Origin: an archaeon | GTDB lineage: Archaea; Iainarchaeota; Iainarchaeia; Iainarchaeales; JANQMZ01 | NCBI GenBank assembly: GCA_028279805.1 | Contig: JANQMZ010000007.1 | Span: forward strand, 390,001-422,000 | DNA: 32,000 bases | Reading direction: 5' to 3' | Shown: piece after piece, positions 1 to 8,939 of the stretch | How the letters are laid out: every line of letters begins with the position of its first letter | Position numbering within the stretch: the first letter of the stretch is position 1 | Made by a program: the position numbers and the translations under genes | The notes under the pieces: generated by a model | What the model was told of the DNA's origin: nothing | Databases searched by the model: none | The model's input: the letters and a program-made list of their open reading frames with translations, nothing else

Positions 1-1
1 C

Positions 2-1819
2 ACAAAAAAAATTAAGCAAAAATATGTTCAGTTTGAAGAAACAGAACAAAAAATGATTCAGGCATTGGTTGATGAAATAAAAAAAGACAATCCTGATTTT
101 TTAATAACATATAACGGGGATTCATTTGACTTTCCTTATTTGAAAGACAGGGCTGAACAATTCAAAATAAAACTTGACATGGGCCTGGATGGAGCAGAAC
201 CAAAAGCAAAAAGAAAAGGATTTGGGTCAGCAGTGCAGGTTAAAGGCCGGCCTCATTTAGATGCTTTTCAGATAGTCAGAATTCTTGCAAGATTTCAGGT
301 AATAAATTTATTAAAATATGATTTGGAATCAGTTTCAGAAGCATTACTGGGAGAAAAAAAAGAAAAAATTCAGGCAGCAGAAATAAATCAAATCTGGGAT
401 TCAGGAAAAGATTTAGAAAAACTGGCAGATTATAATATTGCAGATGCAATAACAACCCACAAACTAACAGAACAATATCTGCCATTGTTTCTGGAATTAA
501 GCAGGCTTGTAAAGCATGTTCCCTTTGATTCAAGCAGAACAAGCGCAGGACAACTGGTTGAATACCTTTTAATGAATAAAGCCTTTATTGAGGGCATTTT
601 AATACCAAATAAGCCATTTGAATCAGATGTTAAAAGCCGTGATTTGTCGCCTATTACCGGAGGATATGTAAAAGAACCAAGGCCCGGATTGCATGAAAAC
701 TTGGCTGTACTGGATTTTACAAGTTTGCATCCGAGCATAATGATTTCACACAACATCAGTCCTGACACGTTAAATTGTGGTCATGCTGATTGCAAGAAAA
801 AAAATTCTGCTCCCACCGGAGACTATTTTTGCACTGAAAAAAAAGGATTCATGTCAGGCATATTGGAGGAATTGTTTAACAGGAGAAAAAAATTAAAAAA
901 AGAATTAAAAGAATTGAAAAAAGGTTCACGTGAATACAAATTGATTCATGCAAGACAGCATGCTTTGAAAATTGTGTTAAATTCTTTTTATGGTACACTA
1001 GTTTTTCCAAGATTTAGATGGTATTCAAGAGAATGTGGGGCAGCAGTAACAGCATGGAGCAGACAATATGTTAAAATGATTTCAAAAAGAGCCGATGAAA
1101 ATGGTTTTGAATCAATTTATGGTGATACAGATTCGGCTTTTTTAAAAATTCCTGAAAATAAAACAAAGCAAAATGTAAAAGAATTTGTAAAAAAAATTAA
1201 TTCAGAATTGCCGGGCATAATGAATTTGGAATTGGAAGATTTTTATAAAAGAGGAATTTTTGTAACAAAAGAGTCAGGTGAAGCGGCAAAAAAAAGATAT
1301 GCATTGGTTGACTTTAAGGGAAATTTAAAAATTGTCGGCTTTGAATATGTTCGCAGAGACTGGGCAGGCGTTGCAAAAGAAACTCAAAGAGAAGTAATTG
1401 CAGCAATTTTGGATGAAGGGGATGTGGACAAAGCTGCAAAAATTGTTAAAGAAAAAATAAAACAATTAAAAGACGGAAAAACTCCGAAAAAAGATTTAAC
1501 TGTGTTTACTCAAATCAGGCAAGGGTTAGATGAATACAAAAGTGTCGGGCCGCACATTGCAGCTGCGAAAAAGGCTGTGGAAAAAGGAAAAGATTTGGAT
1601 TCTGGTTCAATAATTGAATACATTATAACACGCAGGGGAAAAAGCATTAGTGATAAAGCGCAATTGGCTGAATATGTAAAAGAAGGGGATTACGATGAAG
1701 AATATTACATTTCAAACCAGGTTATTCCGGCTGTAATAAAAATAATGCGGGAATTAGGTTATTCAGAAGATGACCTGAATCACGGGGGAAAACAGGTTGA
1801 TTTAAGTTCTTTTAGCTAA
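2..1819 (+). CDS. polB: Family B DNA polymerase, 5'-truncated by the window edge
   Basis: The frame is open from base 2 (TKKIKQKYVQFEETEQKM...). Exo II-like YNGDSFDFPYL, Exo III-like YNIADAITT, motif A DFTSLHPSIM, motif B KIVLNSFYGT and motif C YGDTDS are all present. The C-terminal GKQVDLSSFS resembles the PIP region of archaeal PolB enzymes. No intein interrupts motifs A to C. Confidence 0.97.
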   Translation, partial: TKKIKQKYVQFEETEQKMIQALVDEIKKDNPDFLITYNGDSFDFPYLKDRAEQFKIKLDMGLDGAEPKAKRKGFGSAVQVKGRPHLDAFQIVRILARFQVINLLKYDLESVSEALLGEKKEKIQAAEINQIWDSGKDLEKLADYNIADAITTHKLTEQYLPLFLELSRLVKHVPFDSSRTSAGQLVEYLLMNKAFIEGILIPNKPFESDVKSRDLSPITGGYVKEPRPGLHENLAVLDFTSLHPSIMISHNISPDTLNCGHADCKKKNSAPTGDYFCTEKKGFMSGILEELFNRRKKLKKELKELKKGSREYKLIHARQHALKIVLNSFYGTLVFPRFRWYSRECGAAVTAWSRQYVKMISKRADENGFESIYGDTDSAFLKIPENKTKQNVKEFVKKINSELPGIMNLELEDFYKRGIFVTKESGEAAKKRYALVDFKGNLKIVGFEYVRRDWAGVAKETQREVIAAILDEGDVDKAAKIVKEKIKQLKDGKTPKKDLTVFTQIRQGLDEYKSVGPHIAAAKKAVEKGKDLDSGSIIEYIITRRGKSISDKAQLAEYVKEGDYDEEYYISNQVIPAVIKIMRELGYSEDDLNHGGKQVDLSSFS

Positions 1820-1844
1820 AAAAAGCTAATATAGGCGTTTTTTT

Positions 1845-2741
1845 ATGGATGAAACAATTGCAAAAAAATACCAAAAAGCAGGCAAAATATTGAAAGAAGC
1901 ACAAGAAAAAGCCAAAAAAAAGGCTAAAAGTGGTGTAAATTTGCTTGAATTGGCTGAAACAATTGAAAAATTCGTAGAAAGTAAGGGCGCAAAACCGGCT
2001 TTTCCGGTTAATTTATCCACAAATAATAACGCAGCACACCAAACTCCGGCTTTAGGAGAAATGACTACGCTGCAAAAAGAAGATGTTGTAAAAATTGATA
2101 TTGGTGCGCATATTGACGGTTACATTGCAGACTCATCCTTTACATTAAATTTGTCAGGCGATTATAAAGATTTGATTAAAGCAACAGATGAAGCTTTGAA
2201 AAATGCAATAAAAGCAGTTGAAGATGACTTGGATTTGGGACAGACCGGAAAAATAATTCAGGATACAATTAAAAGCCACGGTTTCAATCCTGTTCAAAAT
2301 TTGTCAGGCCACGGACTAATGCGTTATATGCAGCATGCTCCTCCAAGCATTCCAAACATTGAAAAAAATGATGAACGCGGATTTGAAAATGACCATGTTT
2401 ATGCAATTGAACCATTTGCAACTGACGGAGTTGGATTTGTAAAAGAAGGAACTGTTTCAGAAATATACATGATTGAAGAAGAAAGAAACGTTCGCAATCC
2501 TTATGCAAGAAAAATTTTAGAATTTGTTGAAAAAGAATATCAAGGGCTGCCTTTTGCAGAACGCTGGTTACAAAAATTAAAATTAAGTGAATTTCAATTA
2601 AAAGTTGGGTTAAAATCTTTAATGCAGGAAAAAATATTGAAAAGTTTTCCAATATTGCATGAAGATCCTGGCAAAATTGTTTCACAATCAGAAAATTCTG
2701 TTTTAATTTTTGAAGAAAAAGTTATAACACTGGTGAAATAA
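1845..2741 (+). CDS. map: Type II methionine aminopeptidase
   Basis: Contains FPVNLSTNNNAAHQTP, VVKIDIGAHIDGYIADSSFT, GHGLMRYMQHAPPSIPN and VYAIEPFATDG (creatinase/aminopeptidase fold metal ligands). Confidence 0.96.
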   Translation: MDETIAKKYQKAGKILKEAQEKAKKKAKSGVNLLELAETIEKFVESKGAKPAFPVNLSTNNNAAHQTPALGEMTTLQKEDVVKIDIGAHIDGYIADSSFTLNLSGDYKDLIKATDEALKNAIKAVEDDLDLGQTGKIIQDTIKSHGFNPVQNLSGHGLMRYMQHAPPSIPNIEKNDERGFENDHVYAIEPFATDGVGFVKEGTVSEIYMIEEERNVRNPYARKILEFVEKEYQGLPFAERWLQKLKLSEFQLKVGLKSLMQEKILKSFPILHEDPGKIVSQSENSVLIFEEKVITLVK

Positions 2742-2780
2742 AATGTGCCGCCGTAGATGAATCACACAAATTCTTGGACA

Positions 2781-2895
2781 CGCGGGCTGACTCCCGCGAC
2801 ACGTCTGCGGGTGCTATCTAAAGATAGCACACAAATGCGCTTCAAAAGCGCCAGTCCCAGTGAAACTGGGGCGTTCATACGCGGAACACCGCGTT
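2781..2895 (+). repeat. Tandem hairpin array (locus L1) immediately 5' of tRNA-Arg
   Basis: Five consecutive perfect hairpins: CGCGGG/CCCGCG (2781-2798), GTGCTATCT/AGATAGCAC (2811-2830), GCGCTT/AAGCGC (2837-2851), CCCAGT/ACTGGG (2856-2870), ACGCGG/CCGCGT (2879-2894). Confidence 0.85.
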
Positions 2896-2967
2896 GGCCC
2901 TGTGGTGTAATGGATAGCATAAAAGCTTGCGGAGCTTTTGACTCGGGTTCGACTCCCGGCGGGGTCA
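2896..2967 (+). tRNA. tRNA-Arg(GCG)
   Basis: Acceptor GGCCCTG/CGGGGTC, D stem GTGT/GCAT, anticodon arm AAAGC-TTGCGGA-GCTTT, T arm TCGGG-TTCGACT-CCCGG. CCA is not encoded. Confidence 0.93.
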
Positions 2968-3006
2968 TTCAAAAACATTTTTTAATGCTGAAAACATATT
3001 TTTGGC

Positions 3007-4497
3007 ATGTTTATTCACATTACTTTTGATGATTTTAAGGCAGTTTTGCGTGATACGGGCATTATTCTAAAGTATTCATCTGTAATGTTTTTGATTCCTA
3101 TAATTTTATCCCTGTTTTTTCAGGAAGGGTTTGAAATTTTTTCATTTTATTTGGTTTCAGGTGTTATTGGTTTTTTGCTGGGAATTGTTTTGGAAAAATT
3201 GTTTGAAACAAAACTTGAAACAGATTTACAGCATGCTTTTTTAACAACAAGTTTGGCCTGGTTAATTTTTCCGGCTTTGGCTGCATTGCCGTTTTTTTTA
3301 ATTCAGAATATGTCTTTTGCAGATTCTTTATTTGAATCAATGTCAGCTTTAACAACAACCGGCTTGACTGTTATGGGGCATCTGATTGAGAATTCACCAA
3401 AAAGCCTGGTTTTGTGGAGAAGTTTTCTAAGCTGGATCGGAGGAATCGGCATTGTTGTTTTGGCTTCATTAGGATTGTTTGTTACTTATACTAAAGCTTC
3501 AAAATTAATTGTTTCGGAGGAAGGAAAAGAAAGGTTAAGGCCTAATTTGAAAAACAGTGTAAAACTTGTTTTCAAAATTTATTCAGTTTTAACAATTATC
3601 GGAATTGTGTTGTTATTTTTAAGCGGAATGACTTTGTTTCAGGCAATAAATTATTCCATGTCAGCAATTTCAACAACAGGAATGGATTTGACTTATGAAG
3701 GATTGGCAGCAACAAACAATTACTGGCAGCCTTTAGGCATTCATAATTACTGGGTTGACTTGAGTTTAATTTTTATAATGTTAATGGGAGCAACAGCTTT
3801 TTCTTTGCATTATTTGTTCTGGAAAAACAAAAACATTTTTGAATATTTTAAGGATCCGGAATTTAAAGTTTTAATTTTAGCTTCATTGGTTTCAGCATTT
3901 GCGGTTATTCCAAAGCTTGGAATTCAAAGTTCAATATTTCACGCAGTTTCTTCAATAACAGGCGGAGGTTTTTCGTTAATTTTACCTGAACAAATCGGGT
4001 TATGGCCAAGTTTTGTTTTGCTTGTTTTAACGGCAATAATGTTTATTGGAGGCAGTTCAGGTTCAACGGCGGGCGGAATAAAGATTAGCAGGTTTATTAT
4101 TTTTGTTAAAAGCATTTACTGGAAAATAAAGCAAACAATTTTGCCAGAAGAAGCTGTTTTTGCAAAAAAATTTGAAAAAAGAATAATAAAAGATTCTGAA
4201 ATAAAACAGGTTTTTCAGTTCATTGTTTTTTATGCTTTATTTGTTTTTTTGGGCGTTTTTGTCCTGACTTTTGAAGGATTTGAAATGAGCCAGGCTTTGT
4301 TTGAGGTTGTATCAGCTCAAAGCAATGTTGGAATTTCGGCAGGAATATCGGAACAAGGTTTGCCTTTGTTGTCAAAAACAATGTTGATTTTGAACATGTG
4401 GATTGGCCGTTTGGAAATTTTGCCTTTTTTCAGCATTGTTGGTTTTTTGCTTGCATTATTTTCAGGCAAAAAAGGAAAAGTTATATTAAACAATTAA
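3007..4497 (+). CDS. trkH: TrkH/KtrB-family potassium transport membrane subunit
   Basis: Multi-TM protein with P-loop-like repeats (ALTTTGLTVMGH, AISTTGMDLTYEG, SITGGGFSLILP, AQSNVGISAGIS) and GGIGIVV. Confidence 0.92.
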   Translation: MFIHITFDDFKAVLRDTGIILKYSSVMFLIPIILSLFFQEGFEIFSFYLVSGVIGFLLGIVLEKLFETKLETDLQHAFLTTSLAWLIFPALAALPFFLIQNMSFADSLFESMSALTTTGLTVMGHLIENSPKSLVLWRSFLSWIGGIGIVVLASLGLFVTYTKASKLIVSEEGKERLRPNLKNSVKLVFKIYSVLTIIGIVLLFLSGMTLFQAINYSMSAISTTGMDLTYEGLAATNNYWQPLGIHNYWVDLSLIFIMLMGATAFSLHYLFWKNKNIFEYFKDPEFKVLILASLVSAFAVIPKLGIQSSIFHAVSSITGGGFSLILPEQIGLWPSFVLLVLTAIMFIGGSSGSTAGGIKISRFIIFVKSIYWKIKQTILPEEAVFAKKFEKRIIKDSEIKQVFQFIVFYALFVFLGVFVLTFEGFEMSQALFEVVSAQSNVGISAGISEQGLPLLSKTMLILNMWIGRLEILPFFSIVGFLLALFSGKKGKVILNN

Positions 4498-4510
4498 CTA
4501 AAATGATACC

Positions 4511-5164
4511 ATGTACATTGTAATTGTTGGAGCGAACGAATTGGGAAAATTTTTAGCCAAAACATTAATTGAAGAAAACCATGATGTTGTTGTAATTGAC
4601 AAAAACAAGGACGTGTGCGAACAAGTTGCCAATGAACTTGACTTGGTTTGTTCTAATGGAGATGCAACAGAACAAAAAGTTTTGGAAAATGCAGGAATAA
4701 AAGAATCAGATGCCGTTGTTTCCTTAACAACACATGATGAAACTAATATGGTTGTTTCTTTGCTGGCAAAAGAACTGGGTGCAAAAACTGTTGCTGCAAG
4801 ATTGGGCAAAACTGATTATAATGAAAAAGTTTTGGAAAGATTAGGCATAGACATTGTTGTTCATCCTGAAGCAGCTGAAGCTGGTTATATTGCTGAAATG
4901 ATTACAAAACCGGAATTACTGGATTTGGCTTTTATTTCAAAAGGCTCGGCTGAAATAATGGAAGTAAAAATTGGGGAAAAAAGCAAAATTGTCGGAAAAA
5001 AAGTTTCAGAACTGGGTTTGCCAGAGGGCTGTTCTTTGATTGCGATTCTTGAAAATGATGATATTTTAATTCCAAAACCTGATTCAATAATAAAAAAAGG
5101 CCAAAAAGTTTTAATTATTGCAAAAAGAGATGTGGTTGAGGCAGTCAGAAAAGCTATTAATTAA
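4511..5164 (+). CDS. trkA: TrkA-type potassium uptake regulatory protein (TrkA-N plus TrkA-C)
   Basis: N-terminal Rossmann motif IVIVGANELGKFLAKTLIEENHDVVVIDKN, CSNGDATEQKVLENAGI, C-terminal VGKKVSELGLPEG. Immediately downstream of trkH. Confidence 0.93.
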   Translation: MYIVIVGANELGKFLAKTLIEENHDVVVIDKNKDVCEQVANELDLVCSNGDATEQKVLENAGIKESDAVVSLTTHDETNMVVSLLAKELGAKTVAARLGKTDYNEKVLERLGIDIVVHPEAAEAGYIAEMITKPELLDLAFISKGSAEIMEVKIGEKSKIVGKKVSELGLPEGCSLIAILENDDILIPKPDSIIKKGQKVLIIAKRDVVEAVRKAIN

Positions 5165-5176
5165 CAGCGAATCAAT

Positions 5177-6448
5177 TTAATTTTTTAAAAGATTCCAGCC
5201 TTTTAACAAAACATGATTAAACCAATATCCTGCTAAAAGAGATGTGAATATTGCGGTTAAAACAAGAGTCATGAAAAATGTCTGATTAATTATTCCCACA
5301 TCAAAAGCAATTGTGGCAAGAACTATTCCCGGCCCGCCTCTTGTGTTCATTGCAACAGCAAAATTAAAACTGGAAAGCCAGTCATTTTTAGTTAATCTTG
5401 CAGCAATTAATGTTCCGATTGACGCAAACGCTGTTGTAAATGCTAAAAAACCTAAAAAGAACATTAAATCAAAATGATGAATTAAATCCAGTCTTAAACC
5501 GACAACTGCAAAATATATGGGAACAAAAAATGCAAGAGAAATTTCTTTAATGTGAGTTCTGGCAGTTTCAAATTTTTCATTAGGCAGCCTTCCAACAAGT
5601 ATTCCCGCTAAAAAAGCTCCGAAAACAATGTTTACATTTAAGATGCTTGCTATTGCCGCAAAAAAGAAACATATAAACAAAATATATCCCGGAACGGATG
5701 ATTTAATCAAAACATTTATTCTCAAATTATTAATAAAGCTGATTAATTTAGGCATTAACAAAAGAGCAACAAAAAAGAAACCTAATGTAATAAACACTGT
5801 GAATATAATGCCGGATGTGGATACTGCTTCTGCACTTACAATTCCTGTGGCTATAGCCAGAGCCACCCACAATATTATGTCCTGAATTGTGGCAGTGGCT
5901 AAAACAATTTTTGCAAAACGCGTATTTATTATTTTTAAATCCATAAAAATTCTTGAAATAACCGGAATTGATGTTACAGCAACAGCTATTGCAATGACAA
6001 TTGTTAACGCGAGCATGTTATTTTTAACACCTAAAAAAGGAGAAAAGTCGTAAAAATTTGGAGCAAACCATCCTGCAAGAAACGGAATTAAAGTTGCACC
6101 AACCAAAAGAGCAAAAATGGTTTTTTTATCACCACTATTAAACGATTTTTGAATTTCAAAACCGGATATGAACATTAACAATATTAATCCGAACCAGTAA
6201 ATCACAGATATTAATTTTCCTTCAGAGGGAAATGCGTTAAAAATCCAGTTATATGTTTCCGGGAAAAAAAAACCCAAAATGCTCGGGCCCAAAATTAGCC
6301 CTCCTACAATCTCCCCAATAACTTTTGGTATTTTAAATCGCTGAAACAAATAACCAAAACTATGTGCCGAAATTAAAAGCAATACTATTGCAAAAAAAAA
6401 TCTTGTTAATTCCATATTACTTAAAGTAATGAGATTATCCACAACCAT
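5177..6448 (-). CDS. Cation/proton antiporter, CPA2-type (Na+/H+ exchanger family)
   Basis: About 12 TM segments, FKIPKVIGEIVGGLILGPSILG, IISRIFMDLKIINTRFAKIVLATATIQDIILW, NTRGGPGIVLA. Confidence 0.9.
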   Translation of the reverse strand: MVVDNLITLSNMELTRFFFAIVLLLISAHSFGYLFQRFKIPKVIGEIVGGLILGPSILGFFFPETYNWIFNAFPSEGKLISVIYWFGLILLMFISGFEIQKSFNSGDKKTIFALLVGATLIPFLAGWFAPNFYDFSPFLGVKNNMLALTIVIAIAVAVTSIPVISRIFMDLKIINTRFAKIVLATATIQDIILWVALAIATGIVSAEAVSTSGIIFTVFITLGFFFVALLLMPKLISFINNLRINVLIKSSVPGYILFICFFFAAIASILNVNIVFGAFLAGILVGRLPNEKFETARTHIKEISLAFFVPIYFAVVGLRLDLIHHFDLMFFLGFLAFTTAFASIGTLIAARLTKNDWLSSFNFAVAMNTRGGPGIVLATIAFDVGIINQTFFMTLVLTAIFTSLLAGYWFNHVLLKGWNLLKN

Positions 6449-6676
6449 AACATTCTTCCTTTTCCATTTACATTATTTCTTTATTTGATTTGTTTATTAA
6501 TATGCATTCATCTTAAGAGCTAAAAACAAAAACTATTTAAATGCTCAAAACAGGATTATAATAGTGGGTTAAAATGAGAAGGGATTTACTTCACAAATAA
6601 CGCTTTTTCTTACGATTTGATTAGCCCGCGGAACAGTTTTAAACAATTTTCCTTAATTTTAGCTTTAGCTTTCAAT

Positions 6677-6752
6677 GGCGGCGGTAGTGTAATGGTTAGC
6701 ATAGAAGACTGTGGATCTTCTGGTTCGGGTTCAAATCCCGGCCGCGGCCCCA
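6677..6752 (+). tRNA. tRNA-His(GTG) with encoded G-1 and encoded 3' CCA
   Basis: G-1 then GCGGCGG; anticodon arm GAAGA-CTGTGGA-TCTTC; T arm TCGGG-TTCAAAT-CCCGG; 3' strand CCGCGGC, discriminator C, then CCA. There is one acceptor mismatch, G3:G70. Confidence 0.9.
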
Positions 6753-6771
6753 TTTTCAACAGGTGTTTAAA

Positions 6772-8013
6772 ATGAAAACAGTTAAAGGAATGCGGGATTT
6801 TTTACAAAACAAGGCTGCTAAAAAAAAATATTTAGAAAACCTGTGCAAGGATTCATTTGAAAAATACGGCTTTCAGCCAATGGAAACACCAATTGTTGAA
6901 GAATTGGATTTACTGGTAAAAAAAGGTTCAGCCGGTGAAGAAATTGAAAAAGAAATTTATTCATTCAAAGACAAAGCTGAAAGAAAACTAGGTTTAAGGT
7001 TTGATTTGACTGTTCCACTGGCAAGAATTGTTGCAACAAATCTGCAATTAAAAATGCCTTTTAAAAGATATCAAATTGGACGCGTTTACAGGTATGACCG
7101 GCCGCAGGCTAAAAGGTATAGAGAATTTACTCAGGCTGATGTGGACATAATCGGAGTGAAAAGTGTTCTGGCTGACTTTGAATGTGTTGCATTAGCAGTT
7201 GAAATAATGAAAAAACTTGAAACAGAATTTTTTATTAGCTTAAATTCAAGAAAATTATTGGAGGAATTGGCAAAATTATCAGGAGTAAAAGAAAATCAAA
7301 TTGTTGACTGTTTCAGAATTTTGGATAAACTTGATAAAATTGGTTTGGACAGAGTAAAAAAAGAATTAAAACAAAAACACATTAATTCTGAAATATTAAA
7401 ACTGGTTAAAGAAACAAATCTGGATAAAATTGAAACAAAATTAAAACAAAAAAATTTATCGCTGGAAGGGTTAAATGAATTGAAAGAATTAATGGATTTG
7501 TTAAAAGAAAATTCTCTTGATGATTTTGTAAAAATTGATTTAAGTCTGGCAAGAGGTTTGGCTTATTACACCGGAATTGTTTTTGAAGTTAAACTGAAAA
7601 AAGGACCGAGTGTTGCTGCCGGAGGCCGGTATGATAATTTGATTGAATCTTTTGGCGGAAAACCAACAGCTGCTGTTGGAATCAGCTTTGGAATTGACAG
7701 GCTTTTGGATTCAGTGGAAGAAAAAATTGATTTGAAGAATTCAGTGCAATTTTTTGTTATTAGTGTTGGAAACACTCAAAAAGAATCATTAAAAATTGCC
7801 CAAATGTTAAGGGAGAAAGGAGCAAAAGTGGAAATTGATTTGCTTCAAAGAGGTTTGTCAAAAAATCTTGATTATGCTGATAAAAAAGGCATTCCTTTTG
7901 CTTTGATTTTAGGAGAAAAAGAATTAAAACAAAAAAAAGTTTTAATGAAAAACCTTGAATCCGGGGAAGAAAATCTGGTTAATTTAAATGACGTTTTTTT
8001 AGGAATGCGATGA
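6772..8013 (+). CDS. hisS: Histidyl-tRNA synthetase
   Basis: MKTVKGMRDFL, LGLRFDLTVPLARIVA, PFKRYQIGRVYRYDRPQAKRYREFTQADVDIIG, LARGLAYYTGIVFEV, GGRYDNL, AVGISFGIDRL. ATG at 6772 preferred over the upstream GTG at 6763. Confidence 0.96.
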   Translation: MKTVKGMRDFLQNKAAKKKYLENLCKDSFEKYGFQPMETPIVEELDLLVKKGSAGEEIEKEIYSFKDKAERKLGLRFDLTVPLARIVATNLQLKMPFKRYQIGRVYRYDRPQAKRYREFTQADVDIIGVKSVLADFECVALAVEIMKKLETEFFISLNSRKLLEELAKLSGVKENQIVDCFRILDKLDKIGLDRVKKELKQKHINSEILKLVKETNLDKIETKLKQKNLSLEGLNELKELMDLLKENSLDDFVKIDLSLARGLAYYTGIVFEVKLKKGPSVAAGGRYDNLIESFGGKPTAAVGISFGIDRLLDSVEEKIDLKNSVQFFVISVGNTQKESLKIAQMLREKGAKVEIDLLQRGLSKNLDYADKKGIPFALILGEKELKQKKVLMKNLESGEENLVNLNDVFLGMR

Positions 8014-8014
8014 T

Positions 8015-8086
8015 GCCTCGGTGGCTTAGTGGTATAGCACTGCATTGGTAATGCAGAGGTCGCGGGTTCAACTCCCGCTCGAGGCT
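8015..8086 (+). tRNA. tRNA-Thr(GGT)
   Basis: Acceptor GCCTCGG/TCGAGGC, anticodon arm CTGCA-TTGGTAA-TGCAG, T arm GCGGG-TTCAACT-CCCGC. Starts 2 nt after the hisS stop codon. Confidence 0.95.
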
Positions 8087-8123
8087 TTCCCAAACATTTA
8101 AAATAAAAAAAAGCAATATATGA

Positions 8124-8807
8124 ATGATTTTTATGCAAGAATCGTTAGTTGATTTTTTGGTTGAAAAATATATTCAAAAAGAACAAGTTTTGGGAATCGG
8201 AACGTCAAACGAAGCTGAAAAATTTATTAAAAGCATAGCTTTGAAAGATTTGAATGTAAAAATTGTTCCCACATCAACAAAATTAGCGGGAATAATTGCT
8301 TCTCTTGGTTTAGATGTTTGCGGAATATCGGAGCAGGAAATTGATGTTGCAATTGAATTTATTGACCAGATAGATGAACATTTTAGTTTTATTAAAAACA
8401 ATTCACATTCCCTTGTCAGAGACAAAATGATCGGACAGTCAGCTTCAGAATTGATTGTTGTGACTGATGAAAAAAATTTTGTTAAAAGATTAAAAGGAAT
8501 TGTTCCGGTTGAAATTACTCCTTTTGGCTGGAAAAGAACTTTAATTCAACTTGAAAATTTTGGAAATGCAAAATTGAAAGAAGAGTCCGGCAATCCTGTT
8601 AAAACTGAAACCGGGAATTTTTTTGTTGATGTTAATATTGCTGATATTTTTTCATTAGAAGAATTAGAACAAGAATTAAAGAATATTCCCGGCGTGTTGG
8701 AAACCGGTTTGTTTATTGGTTATGCTGACAGAATTGTTTTAACTGATGGAAAAGGAATAAAAGTTAAGTCAAGAATGATGCCTGATTTTTCAAAAGCAAA
8801 AACTTAA
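8124..8807 (+). CDS. rpiA: Ribose-5-phosphate isomerase A-like protein with a divergent active site
   Basis: VLGIGTSNEAEKFI, KIVPTSTKLAGIIASLGLDV, VRDKMIG, VPVEITPFGW, GNFFVDV, GVLETGLFIGYADRIVLTDG. Confidence 0.85.
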   Translation: MIFMQESLVDFLVEKYIQKEQVLGIGTSNEAEKFIKSIALKDLNVKIVPTSTKLAGIIASLGLDVCGISEQEIDVAIEFIDQIDEHFSFIKNNSHSLVRDKMIGQSASELIVVTDEKNFVKRLKGIVPVEITPFGWKRTLIQLENFGNAKLKEESGNPVKTETGNFFVDVNIADIFSLEELEQELKNIPGVLETGLFIGYADRIVLTDGKGIKVKSRMMPDFSKAKT

Positions 8808-8846
8808 AGCTTTCTAACCAAAATTATTAAGAAAAAACACTAAATT

Positions 8847-8921
8847 GCCGCAGTAGCTCAGCCTGGTTAGAGCGCTAGACTCATAATCTAGAGGTCGTGG
8901 GTTCAGATCCCACCTGCGGCA
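8847..8921 (+). tRNA. tRNA-Met(CAT), probably elongator; tRNA-Ile2 cannot be excluded
   Basis: Acceptor GCCGCAG/CTGCGGC, D arm GCTC...GAGC, anticodon arm CTAGA-CTCATAA-TCTAG, T arm GTGGG-TTCAGAT-CCCAC, discriminator A. Confidence 0.93.
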
Positions 8922-8939
8922 CTAATTTTAAAAAAAAAG

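Noticed and set aside
2745-2895. Possible additional split or intron-containing tRNA starting GCCGCCGTAG upstream of tRNA-Arg
   Set aside because: No matching CGGCGGC acceptor strand and no T-arm consensus were found in the region.
2757-3029. 90-aa plus-strand ORF (MNHTNSWTRGLTPATRL...)
   Set aside because: It reads through the hairpin array and the whole tRNA-Arg; GC-rich structured RNA explains the lack of stops.
5628-5885. Antisense and overlapping ORFs in the supplied track (for example 5628-5885, 12175-12549, 27430-27768, 28545-28727)
   Set aside because: They lie opposite or within strongly supported genes and have Ser/Phe/Leu-rich compositions typical of shadow frames.
6560-6600. Tiny ORF ATGAGAAGGGATTTACTTCACAAATAA between the antiporter and tRNA-His
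   Set aside because: 8 codons with no supporting SD or context beyond a distant TATA-like sequence.
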